A stretch of 64,000 bases of DNA from Phyllobates terribilis (taxonomy: Eukaryota), in contig NW_027362773.1 in the NCBI RefSeq assembly GCF_046119375.1, forward strand, positions 135,098,001-135,162,000, read 5' to 3'. Position 1 is the stretch's first letter. Each line of letters begins with the position of its first letter. A program made the position numbers and the translations under genes. The notes beneath the pieces were generated by a model. The model was not told where the DNA came from, ran no database searches, and saw only the letters and a list, made by a program, of their open reading frames with translations. Positions 46,207 through 59,403 of the stretch are shown one piece after another.

Positions 46207-48519
46207 ATTCACCAAAAATGCAGATCATGCTACTGCTGTTAACATCACCCCCTCCCATAAAAAACAGTTTCCTTCCTTCGTCAAGGAAACCCTTTGCACA
46301 TTGTGCAGTGGACAAACCAGGATAGTATTCCTACTCCAGCCTAACTACTATTTGTGGTTGGAGGCCCTTGGGTTGGTGGCTTCCTGAGTCAACCATGACT
46401 CAGCCCATAGGGCTAATTTTTACAAACCCTATGCACATTGCACAGTGGATAAACCAGGACAGTATTGCTACTCCAACCTAACTACTATTTGTGATTGGTG
46501 GCCCTTGGGATGGTGGCTTCCAAAATAGTGGGTAAAATGGCCTGGTGCGTGCTTGGTAGCAGGCAGTAGGAAATGTTTGGACTACTGCTTTGTGTAGGGC
46601 ACTAAACGCCTTTTAAGTGGACTAATGTGGACAGAAGACAGGCTGTCACCCCTAAAACAGTGGGGAAAATGGGCTGGTGCGTGCTTGGTAGCACGCAGTA
46701 GGAAATGTTTGGACTACTGCTTTGCATTGTGCACTAACCGCCTTTTTAAGTGGACTAATGTGGACAGCAGAAGCCAGGCTCTGACCCCTAAAACAGCAGA
46801 GAAAATAGACCAGTGCTTTTAAAAATAAATGCAGCACAAAATGCTACTACTCTGTGTGGTGGAAAAATATTGCTTAGCCTCTGACAAGAGCTGTTTTAAG
46901 ATGGACACTGGAAGAATACTTTAACCTCTCCCTACCTAATATACAATCTCTTCCTCCCTGTACTCTGACTTTGTTGTGTGTCTTCAGCTCTGAAAAGAGC
47001 TATTTTTTGGTGGTATTACGGAGCTAGTGAGCGGCTCCTTTAACCCCTTAACAACATCTGACGTACTAATACGCGTCTGTGCCCTGGGACATAAGAGCCA
47101 GACCCGTATTAGTACGTCATCGCGATCGCGCGCGCACACAGGCTATGCGGGCGCGATCGCCGCCGGGTGTCAGCTGATTGTCACAGCTGACACCCGGTAC
47201 TATGTGCAGGGAGCGGTCCTGCACCGCTCCCAGCACATTAACCCCTGCGATGCTGTGATCGAAGTCAATCGAAGTCGATCGCTGCATTGCGGGGGCAAGG
47301 GGAGGTGATCGCCGATACTCACCTCCTCTTCCGGCTTCCAGCGCAGTCTGCAAAGGCTTCCCGGGTGTTGCCATGACGACCCGATGTCGTCATGACAACA
47401 TCCGGGTCACCAGACAGCAGGAAGATTGTTTGGACATGCGCAGTGCATCCCCAAACAATCTTCACACTGTGCACCGCTGACAGCCTGCATGGCATAGGGA
47501 TGGTGCTCCATTCCTATGCCATGCAGGCGATCAGAGAAAAAAAAGTGAAAGTCCCAGAGTGGGACAAAGTAATAAAGTGTATAAACTGTCTGAAAGTGGA
47601 AAAAAAAAAAAAAAAAAATTGCAAAAATATAAAAAAAAAAATAATCCACCAAAAATAAAAATATAATGTACCCATCAATAAATATTATTATAAAAAAAAA
47701 AAAAACAATAAAAGTACACATATTTTGTATCACCGCGTCCGGAACAACCTGACCTATAAAACTGTCCCACTAGTTAACCCCTTCAGTGAACACGGTAAAA
47801 AAAAAAAAAAAAAAACAAAGCAAAAAACAATGCTTTATCACCATACCGCCAAACAAAAAGTGGAATAACACGCGATCAAAAAGACACATATAAATAAAAA
47901 TGGTACCGCTGAAAATGTCATCTCGTCCCGCAAAAAACAAGCTGCCATACAGCTCCATCAGCCGAAAAATAAAAAAGTTATAGCTCTCAGAATAAAGCGA
48001 TGCTAAAAAATATTTTTTTCTATAAAATAGCTTTTATTGTGTATAAGCGCCAAAACATAGAAAAATGATACAAATGTGGTACCGCTGTAAACGTACTGAC
48101 CCGAAGAATAAAGCTACCTCATCAATTTTACCACACGCGGAACAGAATGAAAAAAAAAAAAAAATAACAATTCCTGAATTGTTGGTTTTTGTTTATTCTG
48201 CCTCCCAAAAATCGGAATAGAAAGCGATCAAAAAATGTCACGTGCCTGAAAATGGCACCAATAACAACGTCAAGTCATCCCGCAAAAAACGAGCTGTCAC
48301 ATGACTGTCTGCCAAAATCTGGAAAAATTATAGCTCTCAAAATATGGCGATGCAAAAACTAGATTTTACAAAAAATGCGTCTTTTAGTGTGTGACAGCTG
48401 TCAGTCATAAAAACCCCATATGATTCTGGCATTGCTGTAATCACACCGACCTAAAGAATAAAGTCGTCTAATCACTTATACCGCACAAGGAACGGCGTCA
48501 AAAATAAACTCTTGGGTTA

Positions 48520-48670
48520 GCATTGGGCTAGGGTTAGGGCTGGGTTTGGGGCTAGGGTTGTGCTGGGGCTAGGGTTGTGCTGGGGCTAGGGTTGTGCTGG
48601 GGCTAGGGTTGTGCTAGGGCTTGGGTTGTGCTATGGTTAGGGTTGTGCTAGGGTTAGGGCTGGGGTTGGG
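48520..48670 (+). repeat. Telomere-like G-rich array with a 17-bp unit
   Basis: GCTAGGGTTGTGCTGGG repeats flanked by GGGTTAGGG variants. Confidence 0.8.
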
Positions 48671-48712
48671 ATTTTTTTCAAAAGTAAGAAAAAAAGATGA
48701 CGATATGGCGAC

Positions 48713-49011
48713 TAGTGTTGAACGCAAGTGCTCGCTACTTGAGTTTGCATCAGGTGCTCTGGTATGCATTGAGTATCGTGGGTATTTGAGTGACATGCTC
48801 GAGTCTCTGCCCCATATGCTTCGCGGCCAAAAACTTTACGGGGATTGCCTGCCATGCACGAGCGATCCCCGCATGTTTTTTTTTGGGTGTCTAATAACCG
48901 TGAAACATGCGGAGCAGGGACTCGAGCATGTCACTCGAGCACACGCTGTACATGGTGCATACCTGAGTACCCGATGCAAACTCAAGTAGCGAGCACTTGC
49001 GCTCAAGAATA
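48713..49011. mobile_element. About 300-bp palindromic hAT MITE nested in the piggyBac-type element
   Basis: TAGTGTTGAACG...CGCTCAAGAATA ends; flanks ATGGCGAC / ATGACAAC (6 of 8 match, both differences G>A). Confidence 0.65.
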
Positions 49012-51060
49012 ATGACAACTTATTCAATATGATGACCTTATGTAAACAAATTCTGTGCCGTACCTCTGGGTTCAAAATGTTCACTATACACCTTAATAAA
49101 ATCCTTGAAGGGTATAGTTTCCAAAATGGGGACACTTGTGGGGGAGCTCCACTGTTTAGGCACATCACAGGCTCTCCAAACGCGACATGGTGTCCGCTAA
49201 CGAATTGAATGGAAAATCGGCTCAAATTGTTAGCGGATGCCATGTTGCGTTTGGAGAGCCCCTGTGTGCCCAAACTTTGGAGCTCCCCCACAAGTGACCC
49301 CATTTTGGAAACTAGACCCCCAAAAGGCACCTATCTAGATGCATAGTGAGCACTTGGAACCCCCAGGTGCTTCACAAATTTATTCGGAAAAATGAAAAAG
49401 TGTTTTTTTTTCACTTTTTCATTTTTACGAATCAATTTGTGAATCACTTGTGGGGGATCTCCAAAGTTTGGGCACACAGGGGCTCTCCAAACACAACATG
49501 GCGTCCGCTAATTATTCAAGCAAATTTTACAATCAAAAAGTCAAATGGCGCTCCTTCCCTTCCGAGCCCTGCCGTGCGCCCAAACAGTGTTTTTTCCCCA
49601 AATATTGGGTATCTGCGTGCCCAGGGGAAATTGCTCAACAAATTTTGCGGTCCATTTTTTCTTGTTACCCCTGTGAAAATAAAAAAAAATGGGTCTAAAG
49701 TAACATTTTTGTGAAAAAAGTTAAATGTTCATTTTTTTCTTCCACATTCAAAAAATTCCTGTGAAGCACCTGAAGGGTTAATAAAGTTCTTGAATGTGGT
49801 TTTGAGCACCTTGAGGAGTGCAGTTTTTAGAATGGTGACACTTTTGGGTATTTTCTGTCATAAAGACCTCTCAAAGTGACTTCAAATGTGATGTGGTCCC
49901 TAAAAAAATGGTTTTGTAAATTTTGTTGGAAAAATGAGAAATCGCTGGTCAACTTTTAACCCTTATAGCTAACTAACAAAAAAAATTTTGGTTCCAAAAC
50001 TGTGCTGATGTAAAGTAGACATGTGGGAAATGTTATTTATTAACTCTTTTGTGTGACATATCTCTCTGATTTCAGGGCTTAAAAATTAAAATTTTGAAAA
50101 TTGCAAAATTTTCAAAATTTTTGCCAAATTTCCATTTTTTTCACAAATAAACGCAAGTGATATCGAAGAAATTTTTCCACAATCATGAAGTACAATATGT
50201 CACGAAAAAAACAATCTCAGAATCAGGGGGATCCGTTGAAGCGTTCCAGAGTAAATAACTCATAAAGTGACAGTGGTCAGAATTGTAAAAATTGGCCTGG
50301 TTATTAACGTGCAAACCACCCTCGGGGCTTAAGGGGTTAAACAGTCCCTGCTCGAGTATCTGTACCTCCCTACTCTACACTGGTATATATAAACTATATA
50401 AACTAGTATACACTGCAGGTAGCCCTGAAAAGGGCTTTTGCATTATCAAGAGGCCTAAACAGTCTCCCTAGCAGCTCAGTGATCTCTCCCTCTGCTTGTA
50501 GAATGCAGGCTCCGGACACAATGTGTTCAAAATGGCAGTGGCAGGTTTTAAATAGACCCTATGATGCTGGGCGGCCAGCCAATCACAGTAGTGCCACAAC
50601 CAAGATGTCTGTGGCATTACTGTGATTGGTTAAGAAGCCAGCATTTTTAGTGGCTGCAAAGGAGGCACCAAAACTGCCGGGCGGGACATCCAAATATAGG
50701 GAGGCGAGTACACAAATACTCGCAATATAACTAGTAACTCGCTCATCACTAGCCTCCACATATCAGTGATCTGTCAGTGACAGAAAAGTGTCACGTGTAT
50801 GAAAGGTTCTGTAGGCTAAAGCTTTAATAGACATCTACAGCTTTATAGGTGAGCACTGCAGCAGAGACACTGAAGGGGAGTAACTACAGCCACCATCATC
50901 CTTCAGTCTATACTGTACCAATTGGTATATTCTGAAGGATGATATTGATTGTAGTCATATTTAGTATGGTACACTGCCTGGACTGTTTATAAGTGGCCAA
51001 AGTACTGTTTATTGTAAATGTGACTACCACCCCCCTCATCTTTCTGAATATACTCATGTA

Positions 51061-52677
51061 CAGTGGGTACAGAAAGTATTCAGACCCCTTTAATTTTTTC
51101 ACTCTTTGTTTCATTGCAGATATTAGGTAAATTCTAAAAAGTTCATTTTTTTCTCATTAAAGTACACTCTGCACCCCATCTTGACTGAAAAAAACAAATG
51201 TAGAAATGTTTGCAAATTTATTAAAAAACAAAAACTGAAATATCACATGGTCATAAGTATTTAGACCCTTTGCTCAGACACTCATATTTAAGTCACATGC
51301 TGTCCATTTCCTTGTGATCCTCCTTGAGATGGTTCTACTTCTTCATTGGAGTTCATCTGTGTTTAATTAAACTGATAGGACTTGATTTGGAAAGGCACAC
51401 ACTTGTCTATATAAGACCTCACAGCTCACAGTGCATGTCAGACTAAATGAGAATCATGAGCTAAAAGGAACTGCCCAAGGAGTTCAGAGACTGAATTGTG
51501 GCAAGGCACAGATCTGGCCAAGGTTACAAAAGAATTTCTGCATTATTCAAGGTTCCTAAGAGCACAGTGGCCTCCATAATCCTTAAATGGAAGAAGTTTG
51601 GGACCACCTGAAGTCTTCCTAGACCTGCCTGTCCAGCCAAACTGAGCAATTGTGGGAGAAGAGACTTGGTGAGAGAAGTAAAGAAGAACCCCAAGATCAC
51701 TGTGGCTCATCTCCAGAGATGCAGTTGGGAGATGGAAGAAAGTTCCACAAAGTCAACTATCAGCCCTCCACCAGTCGGGCGTTTATAGCAGAGTGGCCCA
51801 AAGGAAGCCTCTCCTCAGTGCAAAACATATGAAAGCCCGCATAGAGTTTGCTCAAAAACACACGAAAGACTCCCAGACTATGAGAAATAAGATTCTCTGG
51901 TCTAATGAGAACTTTTTGGTGATAATTCTAAGCGGTATGTGTGGAGAAAACCAAGCACTGCTCATCACCTGCCCAATACAATCCCAACAGAGAAACATGG
52001 TGGTGGCAGCATCATCCTATGGGGGTGTTTTTCAGCTGCAGGGACAGGACGACTGGTTACAATTGAAGGAAACATGAATGCGGCCAAGTCCAGAGATATC
52101 TTGGGTGAAAACCTCTTCCAGAGTGCTCTGGATCTCAGACTTGGCCGAAGGTTCACCTTCCAACAACACAATGACCCTAAGCACACAGCTAAAATAACAA
52201 AGGAGTGGCTTCAGAACAACTCTGTGACCATTCTTGACTGGCCCAGCTAGAGTCCTGACCTAAACCCAATTGAGCATCTCTGAAGAAACCTGAAAATGGC
52301 TGTCCACCAACGTTCACCATCCAACCTGACGGAACTGGAGGGGATCTGCAAGGAAGAATTGCAAAAGATCCCCAAATCCAGGTATGAAAAACTTGTTGCA
52401 TCATTCCCAAGAAAACTTATGGCTGTACTAGCTCAAAAGGGTGCTTCTACTCAATACTGAGCATAGGTTCTGAATACTTATGACCATGTGATATTTCAAT
52501 TTTTCTTTTTTAATAAATTTGCAAAAAATTCTACATTATTGTTTTTTTTCAGTCAAGATGGGGTGCAGAGTGTACTTTAATGAGAAAAAAAATCAACTTT
52601 TTAGAATTCACCAAATGGCTGCAATGAAACAAAGAGTGAAAAATTTAAAGGGGTCTGAATACTTTCCGTACCCACTG
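51061..52677 (+). mobile_element. Tc1 transposon, full length, transposase inactivated
   Basis: TA|CAGTGGGTACAGAAAGTATTCAGACCCC...CCCACTG|TA. ORF from ATG 51456 (MS*KELPKEFRD*IVARHRSGQG) to about 52478, with KHGGGSIILWGCFS and FQQHNDPKHT. Confidence 0.93.
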
Positions 52678-53767
52678 TATACAGTACATGGGTGTATTCT
52701 TAAGGATGAGGGGGGTGGTGGTCAAAATGTGACTACCATCCCCGTCATTCTTTAGAATACACTCATATGTACAGTACGTGGGTGTATTCCTAAGGATGAG
52801 GGGGTGATGGTCAAACAGGGACTGCACTGCAGGGTAATAGGTCCAAATGTTTTTTGTATTTTAATATGACAATAACCCTTGTCATCCTTAAGAATGCATC
52901 CACACCGTGGATACGGTAGGAGAATTCTAAATGGATGATGGGAGCTGTAGCCCCATTTAATGTACCGTAAACACAAATCTCCCACAACAGCGTGTCCTCC
53001 GCTGATCCCCACAACAGTGTGTCCTCCGCAGATAACCACAACAGTGTGTCCTCCACAGATCCCCACAACAGCGCATACTCTGAAGATCCCCACAACAGCG
53101 CATCCTCCACAGATCCCCACAACAGCGCATCCTCCGCAGATCCCCCTTAACAGCTCGTCATCTGCAGATCCCGATATTTCGCTCAAAATATATTTTTTTC
53201 TTATTTTCCTCCTCTAAAACTAGGTGCGTTTTATAATCAGGTGCGTCTTATAAAGCGAAAAATATGATACTTTATATTTTCTAAATAATATATATTATCT
53301 GCTTACAATGGAATATCCCTTAAAACAAACCTTGAAAATGTTGATCTTACATTTTTTTTTAATTTGGAATAAAATGTCTACTCTCCTGTAAGATAATCCT
53401 TAAGTGTACATGCACATGTATCGAAAATGCAGTGCATTTTTCACTACGTTTTCACTAAGAGTGATTTCACATTGAGTTCAGGGACACACTTGGTGGCCCC
53501 CTCGGGGCATATGTTCGAACTCCCTGCAAAACAGGATTTGGATGTATGCGCCAATGGGGTGATAGACTGTAATGGTGCTGGCAGACTGAACACGCACTCT
53601 GACGTGCAACATTTTTGGGAGTGTACGCCTACTGGATGCGTACACTCATATGCAGTTTTGCTGTGGATTAGGATGTATGCCCCGAAAGGGCCACTGAGCA
53701 TGTCCCTAAACTGAATGTGAAAGCACCCTTATGAAACATTTTAGAATCAGCATATTTTGCTCGAGAT

Positions 53768-56153
53768 TAGAGATGAGCGGTATTCGACTAGAACTGTTCG
53801 CCAATCTCAAATTCGAGCTGTTTTGGGCGGTGTTCTAGTCGTTCGACGAATGCGAACGATTTGCAAAAAATTCAGCTGTTCGAGGTTATGTTCAATAACT
53901 GTTCGCGCACCAAAAGCGTTACTGGATTTTTTCACATCATGCAGAGATTGCCTGCCACTCACTCTAATGCCACAGCCATGGTAGTTGTGGCATTACAATG
54001 GTTGCCCAAATCGATGGGAACAGTGCTCACAGTGAAACATGAAAAGCCGGCAATTCATTAGCGGCATACACCGGTATCCGACAATTTAGAACAGAAAGAA
54101 TAGAGCATCACACATAGATTTGATAGATAAAAACATGTCAGTCACATATATAAGAAGTACAGTGACAGTGTTGCTTACTGTACTTGTCATTTAGTGTAAA
54201 GGATTTATTAAAAAACATAATAGTGTTTTCATGCACCCTCCCTTTAAAAAAGCTGGCAGGCAATTCAGCATCAGTACCCGACAATTTAGAACAGAAAGAA
54301 TAGAGCATCACGCATAGATTAGATAGATAGAAACATGTCAGTCACATATATAATAAGTACAAAGATAGTGTTGATTACTGTACTTGTCATTTAGTGTTAT
54401 AATAAAGGATTTATTAAAAAAAAATGGGCGTGGGGTTCCCCGTAATTTTAGTCTCTAGAGGAGGTTAAGCAGACGGCTGGGGCAGATGTTTGAAGCCTGG
54501 GAAGGGGGTAATACCCATGGAGCTTCCCAGGCTACTAATATCAGCCCCCAGCTGAATACCTAGATACCTACCTAGACATGTCCAATGAACTCAGCTCAAT
54601 TCATGCACATCACTGACAGCATGGGAAAATTCTCCTGCGCTTAAGGTGAGCGTGAGAGAATTCTCCTGCGCTCACTGCAAGCGCAGGAGAATTTCCCCAT
54701 GCTGTCAGTGACGTGCATGAGGTGAGCTGAGTTCATTGGACATGAACTCGGCTCATCTGGATGCCGTCACAGCCAGACACTGAGGAGCACAAGCATGCCT
54801 GCGCTTCTCAGTGTCTGCTGCATGGCAAGCTCGATGGCAGCTTTCGGCTGCGATCCAGCCTGTCATGTGAATGTAGCAGAGCTAAATCTGTCCTGGGAAC
54901 CATGGAAAGGTAAGGATGAAGTTGGTTTATTATTTTATTTTTATTGCAGGAGATCGTTGGCTTCAGCTGGAGTGGGCGTGACGGTAATTATGGTTTAATT
55001 TAGAACATTAAAGAATTGTGTGTTTATTTCAATTAAAGGACTTCATTCTGTGTGTTTGTGTTTTTTTTTTACTTTGACTATGGGGTTAGTAATGGGGGTG
55101 TCTTATAGACGCCTCTCCATTACTAACCTGGGCTTGATGTCAGCTGGCATTATAAGCTGACATCAACCCCAGCCCTATTACCCCACTGCCACCGCTACAG
55201 GGCAGTGGGAAGAGTGAAGCTAAGTGCCAGAATTGGCACATCCTATGGATGCGCCATTTATGGGGTGGCTGACGGCTGGTGTTTCTAGCCTGGGAGGGGG
55301 CCAATATTCATGGCACCCTTCCTAGGCTATTAATATCAGCCCCAAGCTGTTTGCCTAGCCTTTGCTAGCTATTAAAATAGGGGGGACCCCACGTCATTTT
55401 TTTTTTTTGGGTCCCCCATTTTAATAGCTAGTAAAGGCTAGGTATTCAGCTGGGGGCTAATATTAGTAGCCTGGGAAGCTCCGTGGGTATTACCCCCTTC
55501 CCAGGCTTCAAACATCTGCCCCAGCCGTCTGCTTAACCTCCGCTAGAGACTAAAATTATGGGGAACCTGATGCCAATTTTTTTTTAAATAAATCCTTTAT
55601 TTTAACACTAAATGACAAGTACAGTAATCAACACTATCACTGTACTTATTATATATTTGACTGACATGTTTCTATCTATCTAATCTATGTGTGATGCTCT
55701 AATCTTTCTGTTATAAATTGTTGGGTACCGATGCTGAATTGCCAGCCGGCTTTTTTACAGAGACGATGCATGAAAACACTTTTATTTTTTTTTGTAAATC
55801 CTTTAACACTAAATGACAAGTACAGTAACCAACACTGTCACTGTATGTTCTTATATATGTGACTGACATGTTTCTATCTATCTAATCTATGTGTGATGCT
55901 CTATTCTTTCTGTTCTAAATTGTCGGGCACCGATGCTGAATTGCCGGCCGGCTTTTTTAAAGAGAGTGTCTTCTGAGCAGTTTGTCAGCTTTTGGACACC
56001 TTTGAAGGTGTTTTCTATGTGTTTTTGTTTGCCTGCCATTGGTTTTAATGGTGTTCGACAGTGTTCTAAGGTGTTCAACGAACAGTTCCAAGAACATCCC
56101 TGTGTTCGACGAACCGAACCGAACCCGAACACTACGGGGGTGGCTCAACACTA
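53768..56153. mobile_element. Complete non-autonomous hAT element, largely palindromic
   Basis: TAGAGATGAGC...GCTCAACACTA ends; perfect 8-bp TSD CTCGAGAT at 53760-53767 and 56154-56161. Confidence 0.95.
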
Positions 56154-57365
56154 CTCGAGATTTTTAAGAAATCTTAAGCGTACACTGTGAGAAATATCTG
56201 CAGCATAAATTGACCAATGCGATTGATTTGAAATCTGCAGCATGTGAATTTATCCTATGGATGTCATTGTATATTTCACCCTTCACAATGCATAGGATGG
56301 AATGTGCAGTGTACCTGTGCCTTTTTTTCCCTCAATGATTTCACTGTGACATCTCTATTTTGTGGGAGGTACGCAGTCGAGAATCTATGTGGGAACATAC
56401 ACAAAAAACGGATACATGTCTCTGTGTGTTTCCATTCCACTCATCAGTAGCATGTGTCCGGAGATAATACAACTGTTCAACCCAGTGGTGTAGCTTGAAG
56501 CCCTGGGCCCCAATGCACATTATCCAATATAGCCCCATCTATCATTGGTTTTTAATAAAATTGGTCCTCTCATAAGGGGCAAAGGGACCTTGAAACTCAA
56601 AGAAACGGGTGCAACTGCAACCCTGCACCCACTACAGTTACGACCTCGGTCCAGCTATGATCATGTATAACTATATGCTGTTGAGAAAATGAAATGGTAG
56701 TTCCCAGTTTTCTATTTATTCATACATTTCAAGAAGCTATTGCAAAGATCTACAAAAGTTGATCCAAAATTGTTACTAAAAGGAGAATAGAAGGAGAGCT
56801 GAAAGGTTTTCCTAAAAGATATAATCACTATTGTATTTATGTTTGCTCAAATATAAGCAACTTCCATATACAAATAACAAAAGAGCTTGTTGCATATCTA
56901 AGAAAGGGAGAGGCACAACACTGATCATGCACCGTGGATCACCCGAAAATTCAACTCCAATAGCAAGATGTGAAAAAAATTAAATTAATTAAGCATCATT
57001 AAAATGTAAAGATATTTAGCAAACAATAGTAAGGCAAAAAGACAGCAGTCCACCATAAGTAAACAACATCACATAAGAGAGTACAATGTATATGGCACGT
57101 GTAAATGTGGCAGACAACCCCAAAACAAAAACCTCTGTAAGGTCAATTGCAAAGTGCACAAAGAAACCAATAGTCACAATATAATATGGGGTATAGGGAG
57201 GGCGGCGGTCTTACCACCTTGGGGTTGATAATGCAGGTGAAATACCGAGGGTATGTAGGAGTAACCTGACGCGCGTTTTGCGTTATCCAAACGATTTCTC
57301 AAGGGTCACCTGGATATTCCTTTCAAATTACTTATGAATGTAACATCTAAAACCTTTAAAGCTAA

Positions 57366-58567
57366 TGTGGCGCCCCTGAGGGTTCGACCGCCACAGGGAT
57401 GCTGCACTTCTTTAATGGGGTGTAGTGTTCCTCCTTTGAGGTAAGAACAGTGCGATGGTCAGGACCCCACCTCCACATCCAACACCACACTTCTACCCCC
57501 TACTGGAAGTTGGGAGACTGGAGAACCAAGAGATAGGGGAACCAACTAGTGGGTGAGGGTGGAGGATTCACATTTTAGTGACACTTTAAATTCACATTTT
57601 AGTGACACTTTAAATTTCATATTTAATACACAGCCATCTTGACTCTGGGTTCTTTGATTGTGATCTCCCTCCCTGAACGTGGATCCTGTGTGGACCTGCA
57701 GCGGATGGAGACACGGCCCTCGTACCCTGGCCTTGGGTCGAGGGGCAGGTTGCAGATATTGTGTGTCTCAGCCCGGTCAAGGACCATGACCAACAAGGCC
57801 CGGAGCTCAGGAGTGTAGCTCCACCGCAAATGGATCCCAGGGGGATGCAGACGGAGCGGTATACACCACCTGTCCTCGCTATTCTGATCCAGTCAGAGGG
57901 ATTAAGGCTGCAAGAGGGGTACCGGCCCCCGACACCTGACCTTGCTACTCTACGTCCTGGTCAGGGAAGCCCAGTAGGCCCAAAGGATCCCACCGGGTAA
58001 CGGAAGGAGCGGAGCTGCCACCCGTACCCTTTTTCTGAGCGAAGTCCAGAGGGAGACCCGGCCTATCTACCCACACACAGACAGGAAAGGACCCGGTCTG
58101 TAGTCTAGGAACACTCTGGTGTGCAGTCCTGATCAAACACTTGACTTACTCGGAGGTTGTCGGACCCCCCCGTCTCTGGTGACCGCAGAACTCCGCAAGG
58201 AGCAGGGAGAAGCATTTCAACTGCACTCCCCACCATGAGTAAAAACCCTGGAAGTTAACCCCTATGGCCTCCGGACTCTTTATTCTGCACTACACCGCAC
58301 TACATGGCACCAGGACTCCTACACTACAACCCCCTCCATCCTGCCTCTCTGTCCTGAGGCCCTGCTCCGCCTGTGAGGAGTAGTATCAACGCCGGCTGCC
58401 ACAACGTCCCGCCTCAGAGGACTGCAGCAGCACTGGTGGCCTTCACCAGGTACCACAGGTGGCGTAGTCGAGATCAGCCACTCAACCCGGATAAACCCCC
58501 CCATCGACAACATAGGACCCGGCTCCGAGTCCCCCATCTCCCAGGGTAGGGCTTCCAGCATCACACA
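57366..58567 (+). mobile_element. Solo LTR, distantly related to the tRNA-Ser-primed LTR family
   Basis: TGTGGCGCCCCTGAGGG...CACACA ends; 4-bp TSD CTAA at 57362-57365 and 58568-58571; shares the internal TGGCGTAGTCG motif. Confidence 0.85.
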
Positions 58568-59292
58568 CTAAGTCCCGGAGAACCCCTTTAACAAGTGGGG
58601 AATGGTTTCTAGTGTAATACTAGTAGATACTGGTGTGCACATAGCAATGATCAAATTTGACCCTATTTTATTATTTTAGTGTAGATTTTGCCACTGAGTT
58701 CAGCCCAACCTGTTGCTTGTTTCCAATCCTCCTATTTTCTCACTTACAATACATTTCTTTTTGAGAAGGGAGACCTGTACAAGTTCTCACAACAAAGTAG
58801 TGCAGGGTATTTGAATAACCAGGGATCCCTCTCATCAAGGACACTAAAACAGCCACACAGTATGCCTGTATGGTAGGTACGTATGTCTGCAATACTGGAA
58901 AAATTAACAAAAGTTGCTAAGGTGCAAAAGCTTGGAAACATTTCTTTTTGATGTTATAGCGTTATTTTTATTTTTTGGCAGCACTGAATTTACTTGTTAC
59001 TGTAGGTTTTAATCTAAGGGTTTAACTGGATGTTTGTGTAAACGTTTGCACATATTCAATTTTCTTTAGAAAATGTTTAAATATATCTACTGTATATTTG
59101 TGTTCCCAGCCCATGTGGTGTTAAAGGAGTTTATTTAGATTTAGGAAAAGAGAGTTTTATTAATGAAAAGGGACACAAACTTCTAATTTATTTAAGTTTG
59201 AATTTTTTGCATTCTTTTAGATCTAGTTTTGATGACAAAATTTAAATTAAAAATATTCTTAAAAATTCTAACATTATGAGCAGATCACTTAC

Positions 59293-59403
59293 CGTCATTT
59301 CATTATTTAAGACAATGGTGACACTTGTAAGACAGACTTCTGTCTGTCTTAATCCACATTGTCTTATGTTCCCCAAGATAGCATAAAGAGAAGTCTTGCA
59401 ATC
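59293..59403 (-). CDS. Gel-forming mucin exon (VWD2)
   Basis: 111 nt, tag/gtaagt, phase 0-0. Translates DCKTSLYAILGNIRQCGLRQTEVCLTSVTIVLNNEMT. Confidence 0.92.

Larger units (their letters stand above)
47044..50336. mobile_element. Non-autonomous piggyBac-type element
   Basis: TTAA|CCCCTTAA...TTAAGGGG|TTAA; AT-rich, internally repeated, no ORF. Confidence 0.88.
40105..50751 (+). mobile_element. hAT transposon (formerly autonomous) with nested L2 and piggyBac-type insertions
   Basis: 15-bp perfect TIR TAGTGATGAGCGAGT; perfect 8-bp TSD GCCTCCAC at 40097-40104 and 50752-50759. Confidence 0.95.
39155..53267. mobile_element. Probable TA-flanked Tc1/mariner-pogo-type MITE inflated to 14 kb by nested insertions
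   Basis: TA|CCGTATTTTTCGCTTTATAAGACGCA at 39155 and its inverted counterpart TGCGTCTTATAAAGCGAAAAATATGA|TA ending at 53267. Pairing the two ends as one element is inference. Confidence 0.6.
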
